A stretch of DNA of 64,000 nt from Octopus sinensis (GCF_006345805.1 NC_043018.1:29512001-29576000); one strand, 5' to 3'; counted from the stretch's first letter, positions 1-12,954 are shown. The notes: a model not told the origin generated them from the sequence alone. Translations and numbers: made by a program.

Positions 1-899
1 ACAAGCGACCCCAGTAGAGTTGTTAGCAGCTGGGAAAAGTGCTTTTACAGTATTTCGTCCGTTTTTATGTTCTGAATTCAACTACTGCCGACGTCGACTT
101 TGCCTTTCATTATTTCGGGGTTGATACAAAAAGGGTACCAGTTCAGCGCTGGCGACGATGTAATCGGCTTAACCCTCCGCAGTAGTTGCTGGCCTTATGC
201 CAAACTTTGAAACCTATATAAACTAGTTGTACGTCGGTATAGGAAGAATATGTACAGCCTAGGTTAAATATTATCGATGAAAACAGCGGGACCACCATAA
301 GTATTGACGAGTGTTTCACAGTTAGAGTAAATCAGATTTAGAATTTCTTAATGTTTTATGTAATTATAATTATTATTCCACACAGAAGGGAATATGATTT
401 TAAAAACCTGAACTAAAAATCAAATACTTTCTTTCAATATAGGCACAGGGGCTGAATTTTGGAGGGAGGGGACTAGTCAGGGGACTATCGATTTCCGTCC
501 TCAACTGGAATTCATTTGATCGACTCTGCAATGCTGAAAAGCAAAGCCGGTCTCCATGGAATTTGAGATCAAAACTTTAAAACGGACGAAATGCCGCTAA
601 ACATTTCGTCCGGGTGGATAACGATTCATGAATCACCGATAATAATCCTTACAATAGGCAGAAAGCCTGAAATTTTGGGGGAGGGGGCAATTCGATCACA
701 TCAACCCCAGTGTTTAGTGGTATTTAATTTATCGGCCCGAAAGAATGAAAGTAAAATTTGACCACGGCGGAATTTGAACTCAGATCAAAGCGGTTAAAAA
801 TTTCTCCCAGCCTGCTAACGATTCAGCCAGTTCTGCAACTATGACAAGCATACTTGTGTGGAGAAGAAGCTCGATGTGGTAACCACGTTGTGTTGAGTA

Positions 900-1203
900 G
901 ATCACCGTGACCGACCAGGCTATCAGATGTTGCTACACATCGCTGGTCACAATGCGTTTCGCATTGTTTTAGCCTTTAAATGATGCCACCCCGCTGGCTA
1001 AGCGAGCAGACCAACAGAAGAAAGAGTGAGAGAAAGTTGCGGCGAAAGAGTACAGCAGGGATCGCCACCACCCCCTGCCGGAGCCTCGTGGAGCTTTAGG
1101 TGTTTTAGCTCAATAAACACCCACAATGCTTAGTCTAGGAATCGAAACCATGATCCTATGTCCGCGAGTCCGCTGCCCTAACCACTGGGCCATTGCGCCT
1201 CCA
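900..1203 (-). mobile_element. SINE family C, tail type 1
   Basis: Head GGAGGCGCAATGGCCCAGTGGTTAGGGCAGCGGACTCGCGG..GGTTTCGATTCC. The same tail occurs alone at 54466-54582. Confidence 0.85.
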
Positions 1204-1289
1204 CGTTGAGTAGATAAGTTTCGTAAACTGAGTAAAAAACTTGTTCTCTTTCTCTTCGTCATCAACTAATAACACTGATACAGTACCAT

Positions 1290-1700
1290 GCCTAACAAGA
1301 AAGATAAATCCACAGACCTAAAGATGGTGTCGCATCATGGCCGCAGTTGTTCACATCCTTTCGTCTCGGAGAGAATAAAGTTGCGCATAAAATCAGATTT
1401 GCGCAGGCCTGCGCTAGATGTATGAAAATCCAGGGTAGCCCAATCGTCAGGATTCCTCTCTTGACCTTGGTGACGTAGTCCAAAGGAGTGCAGAGCATTA
1501 CGCTTGGCACCAGCTTCGTCGCAGGAGCTGCCGGAAGAGCGTCGAGTCGAACACTAAACCACCTACGGGGCTCCACTACGGATTTCTTTGAAGGTTGTCT
1601 CCTTTCCGTAACCCTGGATAGGGGCCCATACCGGGTACTGTCAGCCGGAGCCAGCTGAGCCCGGGACTCGTGTCAGGCAGGGTTGTCACTCCCTGAAGTA
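1290..1700 (-). mobile_element. GC-rich repeat fragment, possibly a LINE 5' UTR
   Basis: GC island in an AT-rich background, no recognisable protein. The assignment is inference. Confidence 0.3.
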
Positions 1701-1759
1701 GTGAAGAAAAATCACAGCCCACTAACTTTCCGCAGTACAGTGACTAAAATAAGTAACAA

Positions 1760-2110
1760 GACGATAATGAACGATGAAAAAAATATTCACGATGCCAGAA
1801 AGTTAATGAGCAGCAAATTCAAAGATGAAAGACGATGATAAATGATGACAAATATTCACGATGCTAGAAAGATACGAAGTAGATTTAAAGAAGATAGAAG
1901 AGGATAATAAATTATGAAAAAAATGTTCATGATAGAAGAAAGGCATTGAGTAGTAAATTTAAAGAAGATGAAAGACGGTAATAAATGATATTAAAATGTT
2001 CATGATATTTAGAAAGGTGCTGAGCAGTGAATTCAAATAAGATAAAAGACGGTAATAAATTATGACAAATGTTCATGATACTAGAAAGGTATTGAGCTGT
2101 AACAAACAGT
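1760..2110. repeat. Degenerate minisatellite, about 71-bp unit x 5
   Basis: ATRTTCAYGAT recurs at about 1783, 1853, 1923, 1996 and 2069. Confidence 0.8.
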
Positions 2111-2349
2111 CGTAATAGTTCGTTCTGCAATTTATTGTTCATTGGCGGATGTAGCGGCACACTGTGGTGTGTCTCGTCTGTTTGAGGGATGAAGCTCGCA
2201 TCTACTCGTTCGTAACTTAATTTTTATAGATATGCTTCCTCTCTTGGGAAATGATTTGCGTGTTAAAACTTCAACAACGGGAGAAACTAACTCGAAATAT
2301 CAGCAGTAGCATAGTGTGTGAAGTAAACATATTCTTAACTCCATGAAAG

Positions 2350-2397
<48 letters not shown>

Positions 2398-2409
2398 GTG
2401 GTGTGATGT

Positions 2410-2928
2410 CGCTGATGATGATGAAGGCAATCCTTCGTGTCCGAAGATCATAAAGATCTGTAAGGTCTTTTTAAGTGGTGATCTTTGGACGACAGGCTCC
2501 GACGCACTTGGAGCAAATATGTAAGCTTTAGTCATGGATCATGTAGATGACTCTTTTTCTTTGACATTTCTCATCTGCTACTCTTATTCCGATTTTTTCA
2601 AGTTGCTTGCATCGATTTTGAAGCATCCTAGCCACACCACCATCTGTGCTGCGGCTCCCTCTCACCCTGAGGGGATTATACCTGCCTGGGTGAGCTGGCA
2701 TTTCAACTGATCTTTGAAACGCTTCCTGGGGACTCCTCTGTCTCATTTGCCGTCGTTGAGTTCACCGAAGAAATTCTATTCTCGGCATTCTGGATTTATC
2801 AATGCGTGAGCCGAGCCCTGCCCCACATAACAGTCTCAGCAGCAGCAGGACTTCAATGCTTGGGATGTTAGCCTGCTGGAGGACTTCGTTAATTGTGATG
2901 TATTCTTGTCATGAAATGTCTATAATGT
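2410..2928 (-). mobile_element. RTE/BovB-like LINE 3' fragment
   Basis: Minus strand EVLQQANIPSIE..FFGELNDGK*DRGVPRKRFKDQLK; ends in a (TCA)n tail. Confidence 0.75.
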
Positions 2929-4106
2929 ATTTTGTTTTTGGATTTGGTTTGCAAGATTCTTTATATGAATTCGTGTGTTGAAGCATATTCTGTTGCAGAT
3001 AAATGTATGTATGTGTATGTGTGGGTGCGAGTGTGTGTGTATGGACTTTTTTTTATATGTAAGCATATAGATATGAAAATAAACAGATCGACATACAGAC
3101 GAATAGGTACATAGGTTACAAGAACAGACACATTTGGAGACACGGATCAACACATATAAAGATGCACATCCATGGATACAAACATGGTACATAGTTGAAT
3201 AACACACACACACACACACACAGACATGCACACACATGCGCACAAACAAACAAAAGGGAACGCAGTGTAAATAACAGACAGAGTCAAGACTATTGAATAG
3301 GTTGCTAGACGCAACGAAATTTTTAGGAAAATGAAAATGAGGAATATAATGTAAACATATTTGAATTAAAAATTCCATCGCATGAACAAGTTTTAGCTAG
3401 AAGTAAGAAATAGAAATAAATACTTATATGTGCACGATTCGGCATGTATCAGAGGAATTATATGCATGCCTCGACATACATCAATGGAATTATGAATAAA
3501 TAATGACTTTGGCGATGGCAAATACAAATATGATAACACACGAATTCGTTCCACTTCTGGTAACAAAAATAAATTTGCTTCATCGGTAATGAAAAAGAAA
3601 AATATAAACATATATGTTAGTTGGATAACGACAAGAGAACGACAGATCGATTGAATATTTTTAAGGAAAAGAAGATTCGTAGTAAAAATATAAGCAACAA
3701 AAAATAACGTATACATATATTTGAGGCTACACTATTTTCGGAGAAATTGTACATATATGTATATCTTCTGATTTGTCACTTTATAGAATAACACCACCTG
3801 TTAGCAAAATCACTAATTACTCTCGAAATCTGGACATCTTATATTTTCCCTCTATAATCTACAACCAAATGCTGATACACACGCGTATGAATGAACATGC
3901 ACATATACACAAAACTACAAAATATAATAAAAAAATACATTACTCGAACGAAAAATTAAATACCAACTCGTACATATATGTCTGCATTTGTTTGAGTAAA
4001 CATATATATATATGGATTTATAGTTGGAATTTACAAAAACAAAAAGACGAAGACGGGTGTGTAAACAAACAGATGCATTAGTTTAACACTCGGGAAGTGA
4101 AAAAGT

Positions 4107-4142
4107 CTTTTACGTTTCGAGGCTACGCTCTTCAACAGAAAG
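4107..4142 (-). ncRNA. Minimal Penelope-type HHR, core mutated
   Basis: Minus strand reads CTTT CTGTTGA a GAG cgtagc CTC GAAA CGTA AAAG. Palindromic ACGT stem III. Core has A6>U. Lies in a pseudo-LTR-like fragment at about 4020-4290. Confidence 0.6.
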
Positions 4143-4413
4143 GAATACAGAAATAAGCAAAGAGAATAAATATAAAAGGCTTAGTGGCTAGCGATCAATC
4201 ATGACGAAAGCTGGTCAAAGGTGATTATACAGGAGAGATAGGAAGAAGGGGAAATAAAAAAAAGTAATGGTGATCCCAAAACGAAGGTGTGCATGCGTGT
4301 GTATGATATACATATATATACACATATATATACATATACACACACATACATACATACATACATACATACATACATACACACGCACACATAAATGCACACA
4401 CATATATACTTGG

Positions 4414-4458
<45 letters not shown>

Positions 4459-4576
4459 AATCAAGGAACGGCCATAATAGGCCATTCACCCACTAGAAAT
4501 AACAGCCAAAAGCTTCAACCGCAAAATAACATCAATTCCGTAAACCAGGAGAAAATTTAAAAACATTTACCCTGTA

Positions 4577-4683
4577 ATTTCTTATACGATGCACCGTTTC
4601 ATCTACTGTTTAATGGTAAACTAACCTGATTAAATTAAATCAAGCCAATCTTCCATAGGCCCTTAGAATCATCAGTAAGAAAT
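4577..4683 (-). ncRNA. Type I hammerhead ribozyme (inverted copy of 4987-5093)
   Basis: Reverse complement of the + strand HHR within the fold-back. Confidence 0.85.
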
Positions 4684-4986
4684 AGCCAAGTCGGAACAGA
4701 TATTTTCACGAGGCATTTCCGTCTCTGCCTCGGCAATATCTGACCTAAAATTTTCAAATCATCGCACTCGCGCCAAATTTATCGGCAGCAAATAAATATA
4801 AGCCGCCGATTCCATTACGGAACTAACCAGAAAATTCATAATTAATCAATATATAAAGAATCGGCGGCTTATATTTATTTGCTGCCGATAAATTTGGCGC
4901 GAGTGCGATGATTTGAAAATTTTAGGTCAGATATTGCCGAGGCAGAGACGGAAATGCCTCGTGAAAATATCTGTTCCGACTTGGCT

Positions 4987-5093
4987 ATTTCTTACTGATG
5001 ATTCTAAGGGCCTATGGAAGATTGGCTTGATTTAATTTAATCAGGTTAGTTTACCATTAAACAGTAGATGAAACGGTGCATCGTATAAGAAAT
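4987..5093 (+). ncRNA. Type I hammerhead ribozyme with extended stem II
   Basis: Stem I ATTTCTTA(4987-94)/TAAGAAAT(5086-93); core CTGATGA 4995-5001; GAAA 5070-73; stem III ACGGT-gc-ATCGT; GUA cleavage triplet 5083-85. Confidence 0.88.
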
Positions 5094-5319
5094 TACAGGG
5101 TAAATGTTTTTAAATTTTCTCCTGGTTTACGGAATTTATGTTATTTTGCGGTTGAAGCTTTTGGCTGTTATTTCTAGTGGGTGAATGGCCTATTATGGCC
5201 GTTCCTTGATTGTGATGTTGAACTTAAAAATGGTCTATGACTATTTAATTTTTTCCCACTAGGCCGCTGGTGGCAAAAAAATTCTACAAAATTTTTTGCC
5301 ACCCTATATTGATTAATAT

Positions 5320-5367
<48 letters not shown>

Positions 5368-5741
5368 CATATTCTTTTTTATCTTTTTTACTCTTTTAGT
5401 TGTTTCAGTCATATGGCCGTAGCCATGCTGGAGCACCGCCTGTAGTTTAGCAGATCTACCCCAGGACTTATTCTTTGTAAGCCTAGTACTTATTTTATCG
5501 GTCTCTTTTGCTGAACCGTTAGGTTACAGGGTACATAAACACACCAGCATCTGTTGGGGAGACAGACACACAAACACACACACAATATATATACATATAA
5601 ACGGGTAACGGGTGGAAACTTCGAAGTTACAGCTATCAGATTGTGAAAGCATAATAAATATATACTTTAGAAAAGTATTGAGTAATTCTTCAACTGAATG
5701 TCAAATGATTTCTGTTCTAACTCGATATAGAAAAACAAACG

Positions 5742-5801
<60 letters not shown>

Positions 5802-6514
5802 ATATATATTATATATATATATAGAGAGAGAGACAGACAGACAGACAGATAGACGGATGGATGGTAATTATAACGATTAAGAAACAACCACAGCAGTGTT
5901 TTATTACGCACACTCACACATACACATGCACATATAAAAAGCAGCAATAAAAAAACCTCTCTCTGACACACACACACACCGGTGCGCACACATGATCAAC
6001 TATTGAGAAATAATTGGTATAATATTGTGCTACCAAAATGGTTTTATAGACCATAACTCTATTTTCTCTAAACCAAACAACTAAATATCTGTCACACACA
6101 AAATATATGTTTAACAGACTGAGACGGATTCCATTATATTTCTTCAAACTACAAAATGGAAAAACTGACAGAAATTATATTTTGTTCAATTCACTTCAGA
6201 AAATATTATTCAAAGTTGATTGAATTCAATTTTTAAATGTTGTTTTTATTTCTTGTTATTATTGTTTACCATTATTGCTCATAGATAGAGAGCTGGCAGA
6301 CACGAGAGCACGCCAAACAAAATACTTGGCGGTATTTATACTGTTTCAACGTTTGCAGTTCAAATTCCGCCGAGGTCACCTATGTCTTTTATCCTTTCGG
6401 GGTCGATAAATTACGTACAAGTTCAGTATTGGAGTCGATGTAATCGGCTATTCCCTCCCCAAGACTTCAGGCCTTGTACCTATTAAAGAAAGGATTATTA
6501 TTGTTTACCATATA

Positions 6515-6728
6515 TTCTTTTCTATTCCAGGTACAAGGCCCGAAACTTTGGGGGCGGGGGCCAGTTGATTAGATCGACCCCAGTACGCAAATGGTACTTA
6601 ATTCATCGACCACGAAAAGATGAAAGGCAAAGTCGACCTCGACGGAATTTGTACTCAGAACGTAAGGACAAACAAAATACCCGCTAAGCATTTCGCCCGG
6701 CGTGCTAACGTTTCTGCCAGCTCACCGC
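6515..6728 (-). mobile_element. SINE family A copy
   Basis: Full-length reverse-complement match to the family consensus. Confidence 0.88.
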
Positions 6729-6951
6729 TTTCATTGTTTACCATATATTGTACAATGGCAAAGAGCTGGCTGACTCAGTAGGACGCCAGGCAAAATGCTT
6801 AGAGCCATTTATTCCGTTTTAATGTCTTAAGTTCAAATTCTGCAGAGGTTGACTTTGAATTTTTTCCTTCTGTTTCGATGAAATAAATATCAGTTGCGTC
6901 GATGTAATTGATTAGTCCTATTCCTTCTAGTTATAATATAAAAGGGGTATC

Positions 6952-7305
6952 ATTACCTCCGACTTAGCGAGGGCGGAGGTATTGTTTCAGTTGTTTTTGT
7001 TTGTCCGTGAACAAGATATCTTAGGAACCACCGAATGGATACGGATGAAACTTTCAGGGATGTTTGACCTCGTAACTGGTATGAACGGATTAGATTTTGG
7101 GATCGATCCGGTACGGGACTAGGATTCTTGATTAGTTTCCTGGCTTTTACGTAATTTTTGAGAGCGCTCGGGTTCATTTTTAGCATTCCCGTTTGTGAGA
7201 GCAGTCAAGTTTATTTCAGATATTTTCATTTTAATTACCACCTCTGGCTAATCGTTGAGAGGACGTTGGTGTTGCCTTGGCGGAGGTTTGCGCTCTCTGA
7301 GTGTT
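6952..7305 (+). mobile_element. HINE (non-autonomous Helentron/DINE-1-like) element
   Basis: 5' TTACCTCCG..GGCGGAGGT inverted repeat, GTTT/GTCC microsatellite-like tract, 3' GGCGGAGGT followed by short hairpin CGCTCtctGAGTG. Confidence 0.7.
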
Positions 7306-7499
7306 ATTATTATTCATAATATATAGCGTGAAGGCGACCAAGAAATTTTAGAATGTTTAGCAACCCGAACAAAATGCTCAGCGACATTTACTCCGGCTCA
7401 ATACGTTCTGAGATCAAATTCCGTCGAGGCCGACTCTCGATTTAATCCTTTCGAGGTCGATAAAATATGCACCAGTCATTTCTTGGTGGACCATATATA

Positions 7500-8197
7500 T
7501 TTCTTTACTGCCCACAAGGGGCTAAAAAATATTATTTTCTACACTAGGTGCAAGGCCTGAAACTTTGGAGGAAAGGGGCCAATCAATTAGACCGACCCCA
7601 ATGCGCAATTGGTACTTAATTTACCGACCCCGAAAGGATGAAAGGCAAAGTCGACCTCGGCAGAATTTGAACTCTGAACGTAACGGCAGACGAAATATCG
7701 CTAAGCATTTCGCCCGGCGTGCTAACGTTTCTGCCAGCTCGCCGCCTTCCTGGTGATCCATATAGTCGACTAAACTCTCTACACAAGCATTTTAGGTCTT
7801 GTGTCTATAGTAAAACATACTATTACATATGTATTGCACTAACGAAGAGAATTGGGAAAATTGTTAGCATGCCGGACAAAATGTTCATCGGTATTTCTTC
7901 CGGCTCATTACTTACTGAGTTCAAATTCTGCCGAGGTCAGCTTTGAATTTCATTTTGTCAATGTCAATGAAGTGTATACCTATTTCTTTATTACCCACAG
8001 AGAGGACAAACAAGGACAGACATAGGTATTAAGTTGATTAGATCGACCCCAGTGCGTAACTGGTACTTAATTTATCGACCCCAAAAGTATGAAAGGCAAA
8101 GTCGACCTCGGCGGAATTTGAACTCACAACGTACTGGCAGACGAAATATTGCTAAGCATTTCGCCCTGCGTGTTAACGTTTCTGCCAGCTCGCCGCC
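7500..8197. mobile_element. SINE family A cluster
   Basis: Copies at -7500-7747, +7848-7970 and -7980-8197. Confidence 0.85.
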
Positions 8198-8827
8198 TAC
8201 AATGAAATAAATACCAGTTGACCAACCGGTCTCGCTTCGTTACAGTTGTTGACCATTTGCCAAAATGCCGAAGTAATATGTAATCACTCTTGTTGAAATG
8301 ATTGCAGAGCGACGGGAAATGAAGTGTTTTGCTCAAGGACATAACGCACCGCAATGTCAGGTTTTCGAAACCACGATTTCAGCAACACCCTAACCCCTAG
8401 TAATGTGTGTGTGAGTGTATGTGTGTGCTTGGATGGATGGGTGTCGGTGTAGGTGTGGCTTTCAGGTAAGGCGTTTACTCCCCAACAGCATGGTCCAGTC
8501 CCATTGTGTAGAACATTGGGAAAACGTCTTCTTCTATAGCCTCGGATCGACGAAAGCCTTGCGTAAGCCATAAGATCTGTAAATCTTGTGTAAGCCATAG
8601 CCTGAAAATATAACGGAGGCCTCAAATGACATTTTAAGGTCTACAAAGATCAGAATATATCTGCCGCTCTTGGTAGTCCAAAGTAGATATGCAATTTATG
8701 TCGGTGTCTGAAGATGTCTAAAGCAGATAAGACATACTATTAAGGAAACAGACCGTGGTGAACTGCCTCGAAACAGAATGAGCTCAACAATAAGTGGCAT
8801 TAGTCTTCCTCGGTATTCTTGAATATT

Positions 8828-9610
8828 AAGGCGGCGAGCTGGCAGAATCGTTAGCACGCCGGGCGAAATGCGTAGCTGTATTTCGTCTGCCGTTACGTTC
8901 TGAGTTCAAATTCAGCCGAGGTCGACTTTGCCTTTCATCCTCTCGAGGTCGATTAAATAAGTACCAGTTACGCACTGGGGTCGATATGATCGACTTAATC
9001 CGTTTGTCTGTCCTTGTTTGTCCCCTCTGTGTTTAACCCCTTGTGGGTAGTAAAGAAAAAGGTATTCTTGAATATTGTGTTTTGCTTAAGAACACAACGT
9101 ACAACCCAGTCCAGGAACTGAAACCACGATGCTGCGATCATGAGTACAACACCCTACCCAGTAGGCCATGTACCCTCCTATTCACTAATATGTTTTATAT
9201 ACGTCCCTACAACTGCGGTGATGTGGTAGAATCGGTTGTACTAGGGGGAAAATGCTTAGCGGTATTTCGTCTGCAGTTACGTTCTGAGTTCAAATTCCGC
9301 CGAGGTCGAATTTGCCTTTCATCCTTTCGGCGTCGATTAAATAAGTACCAGTTACGCACTGGGGTCGATATAACCAACTAAATCCGTGTGTCTGTCCTTG
9401 TTTGTCCTCTCTGTGTTTGACCCCATGTGGGTAGTAAAGAAATAGGTATTTCGTCCGGTTTTACGTTGTGAGATCAGATTTTGCTGAGGTTAACTTTGCC
9501 CTTCATCCTCTCGAGGTCGATAAAATGACTACCAGTTGAACATTGGGAGTCCGTGTAATCGACTTACCCCTACCCTCAAAATTTCTGGACTTTTGTCAAA
9601 ATTTGAAATC
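8828..9610 (+). mobile_element. SINE family A cluster (tRNA-derived, Meta-domain-like core)
   Basis: A box GAGCTGGCAGAATCGTT, B box GAGTTCAAATTC, core GACTTTGCCTTTCATCCTTTCGGGGTCGATAAATTAAGTACCAG. More than 25 copies in the window, e.g. +17-215, -430-835, +6289-6497, +6762-6925, +47153-47365, +47558-47735, +54945-55122, +57038-57163. Confidence 0.9.
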
Positions 9611-10562
9611 AATATTCATTTCATGTTTCTCTTTTTCTCTCTACATTTATACACATACATAGATGTAGAAATATACATGGAAGGTAAACTAATTTAACAT
9701 GGTATCCATTGTGTTTCTGAACTCGTCCGGCGCCAATACATTTTCGACGCTTGCAAAGAATAAATGATAGAATCACAGAAAAGCTGATGAGAGTAAGAGA
9801 CAGAACGAGAAGAAGAAAAAAAAGATGGAAAAATAGAAAAACGGAGGTGGGGGGGGATGAGAGAAGAAAGAAAGAAAAAGAAAATATGATAGTAAAGAGA
9901 GAAAATGGTATCAACAGAACTTGTCAATAAAATTCAGAATATTTCTGTATTTAATGTATGAAGAGACGTACCCAAGAGATTAGTGAAAGCCGGAATGTCA
10001 GTTGAGATTAGACATAGTTAGGAGCGAAAACACTGAAGCTCACACACATATTAATATAATATTACGTCCGGACTACTTTTGTTAATGTTTAATGTAAAGT
10101 AACTGAAGTGAAGTAAGAAAATAAAACAGTTTTCATCTGTGGTAGTCGTAGTTTGGACATACTAGTGGCGACGTTGGTGTCGATAATGGGTAAATGAGAA
10201 ACATACAGACAGAGAGAGGGGGGAAGGAGAAGAAGAAGAGAGACGGAGAAAGAAAGAAAACGTGATGCAGAAATAGTGAATAAATGAAGAGAGAGAAAAC
10301 ACGAAAGAAATAGTGAAGGAAAATGAGACAAGGATTTCTAAGTAGTATGATTGGTAGTTAAGGTAAGCATGCAAGGGAAATGGTGTGAAACTGATATGCG
10401 TATTTAAATGTGAAGAGAGGAAAGAAAGAAGAATATGAAAAAGACGTAAAGCTCGTGACACCATTGTGTCTTTAGTTATATTGTTCTTTTATTTTCTCAT
10501 CCCTTTCTCTGCGTCTCTCTTTCCCTCTCTCTATTTCTGTCCCCCCTCCTCTCTCTCTCTCC

Positions 10563-10593
<31 letters not shown>

Positions 10594-11900
10594 TGTTTCA
10601 GTTTTTGAGTGATGTTTAGTACATTATAAAACCGTTCCAAAATTTTTCTCAAAGTTAGCGATCTTTTTTGAAGAATACGGTTAGTCGATTACATCGAATC
10701 CAATTCGCAACTGGAGCTTGTTTCATTGACTTTCAATATACGAAAAGCATGTTTGACATCTGCGGAATTTAAAATGTAAAATGACAGCAACTTTAGTTGA
10801 AATTATTAAATTGCTACAAGACTAAGAAAACACTAAGATATTTTGTTGCCATGTATGAATTAATTTATACAAACTTATCTGTTCAAATATGCCTGAGGCA
10901 ATTTCGAAGCCATAAGAAAAACGAGTTACTGTATTTTGTGTCACGGGAAAAATTTCTCGCTATAGAAAACTAGGTGTAAACACAGCAAGTCAGTATTTAT
11001 TCATATACATTTATGTATATGAGTGCATGGAAACTAATTTCTCAAAGTTTAAATGGAATATTTTCCTATAGAAAGATTACAAAAATAGATTAGAAAAAAA
11101 GAAAAAATTAGAAAAATATATTAGTTTGCTTTCAGTGTGAGAATTAATTAGAAATAAAACCATCTCGGGGTTTGAACTATCTTCTGTTTGATAATGCTCT
11201 ATATATGCCCCTACAACTGCACTTAATCCATGTCGTGGTATATGTATAGTAGTTCATGAGCTAAACAGCTCCATTTTCTATAGGTTAAAATGTATTGCAT
11301 TTATGTCTCAGATAACTATGTTAGATGCTGGCAGTGTCCGAAGTGTTGCTTGACCGTGCGTAAATCTTTTTTGCGAAACCCTTAAAGCTAGGGTAAATCA
11401 AAATCAGAAAACGGGAAATGAATGCGAGGATAAATGAATGCGAGGAAAATGCGTGAAAAGGAGATAACTGTGAGTAAAGCCACCAGTTCACAATGTCAGT
11501 TTACACTGGTGCTAATCTGCAATTATGAATATGAGAACAGCTGATGATAAATGTAAAGACAGTAAAGGAAATGGAATGACGAAATAATGAAACTAGTATG
11601 AATAATACCATTTTCAGGAGCATATTGTTCAACAGAACACAGAAGTAGATCGACTGCTGACCGCTGATAAAAGAGAATAATGGGGGTGGGGGTGAGAGGG
11701 TTTTCTTTTGGGAATGTGGACTAATGTAACAGACGAAATGCTTGAATGATATAACAATAAATGAAGTGATGCTTGAAGACACTCTGAAACAGATTTCAGT
11801 GGAATTAGAATGAAATTTAGAAAAGGTTAAAGCCGAGTCTGTAATAGGAAAATATTTAGAATCAATAGACTAGCAGAGATAAAAATGAAAAGTGAAGGAT

Positions 11901-12295
11901 AGGCGCAGGAGTGGCTGTGTGGTAAGTAGCTTGCTTACCAACCACACGGTTCCGGGTTCGGTCCCACTGCGTGGCACCTTAGGCAAGTGTCTTCTACTAT
12001 AGCCTCGGGCCGACCAAAGCCTTGTGAGTGGATTTGGTAGACGGAAACTGAAAGAAGTCCGTCGTATATATGTATATGCGTGTGTGTGTTTCTGTGTCTG
12101 TGTTTGTCCCCCTAGCTTGACAACCGATGCTGGTGTGTTTATGTCCCCGTTACTTAGCGGTTCGGCAAAAGAGGCCGATAGAATAAGTACTGGGCTTACA
12201 AAAGAATAAGTCCCGGGATCGAGTTACTTGATTAAAGGCGGTGCTCCAGCATGGCTGCAGTCATATGACTGAAACAAGTAAAAGAGTAAAAGTGT
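11901..12295 (+). mobile_element. SINE family B (tRNA head, CORE-like domain, internal microsatellite, (AAAAGAGT)n tail)
   Basis: A box GTGGCTGTGTGGT, B box GGTTCGGTCCC, CORE-like GTGGCACCTTRGGCAAGTG. Resembles octopus CORE-type SINEs. Confidence 0.9.
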
Positions 12296-12446
12296 AAAGA
12301 GATAGTAAGTCATTCATTGCAAAATATTATTTCGTTTTGTTAGAGAATCACACCATGGCTAATGTTAGGGATAATGCTTTTGTCAAATTAATCTGCAATG
12401 TGAAGGTAACAGCAACAATTTCCCTGAGAAAATGCGTGAAAGGGAG

Positions 12447-12870
12447 ATACAAAATGGAACTTGTTGTATTTAGGAATGGTCATTTTGCCAGTTTAGCCAA
12501 TAAAAACACACGCACTATATATTTGGTGTTACTTTGCTTCACCGTTATTTATTTAATCTTAATCTTATTTCGGCCAGAGTTCTTTCGTCACACTCCTGTG
12601 TCCGCATCAGTGGTCCTTTGCTTTCTTCTTTCTTATTTGTGTTTCTCTCCTTACTAACCGTCAGCTATTTTGTATTTCTATTGTATGTGTCTTCATTTGC
12701 GCATGCATATATCTCTATGTCTGTCTATGTTTAGTTAGTGTGTGTGTGTGTTGGGAGGGGGGAATGTCAGTAATATTTGTATCTCCTGTTTATATACGTT
12801 CGTGTAATTTGTTTTTTATTCTTATTTTGTTCATGTGTTTACACCTACTTATTAATATACAAAATGGAAC
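12447..12870 (-). mobile_element. 410-nt HHR-bearing unit bounded by a 14-bp direct repeat
   Basis: ATACAAAATGGAAC at 12447-12460 and 12857-12870, with an internal HHR motif. Confidence 0.55.
12574..12613 (-). ncRNA. Type I HHR, core variant CUGAUGC
   Basis: Minus strand reads CCA CTGATGC gg ACAC agga GTGT gac GAAA G aa CTC TGG. Stem I CCA/TGG; CUC triplet. Confidence 0.6.
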
Positions 12871-12954
12871 AGTTTAGCGTAAGTTCTATTATTTTAAGGT
12901 CTGAAAAAGTGTGTACACAGCCAAGGTTGTATATTGCTGAGAAAACACTAAATT

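Larger units (their letters stand above)
4454..5317 (+). mobile_element. HHR-bearing non-coding retroelement (about 488-nt unit) with 359-bp fold-back inversion, inside (TA)n
   Basis: 4454-4812 is the reverse complement of 4858-5216 (one mismatch seen). Spacer 4841-4853 is the reverse complement of the 3' end 5305-5317. Flanked on both sides by (TA)n. Contains HHR motifs. Confidence 0.85.

Noticed and set aside
900-1010. HHR in the SINE C tail (GAAA..CTGATAG on minus strand)
   Set aside because: Stems do not fit and the second copy at 54466-54582 has GAAG.
1577-1700. HDV-like ribozyme in a putative LINE 5' UTR
   Set aside because: Could not build the nested double pseudoknot by eye.
11901-11975. 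tRNA genes
   Set aside because: The A/B boxes belong to SINE heads; no full cloverleaf, and they continue into SINE bodies.
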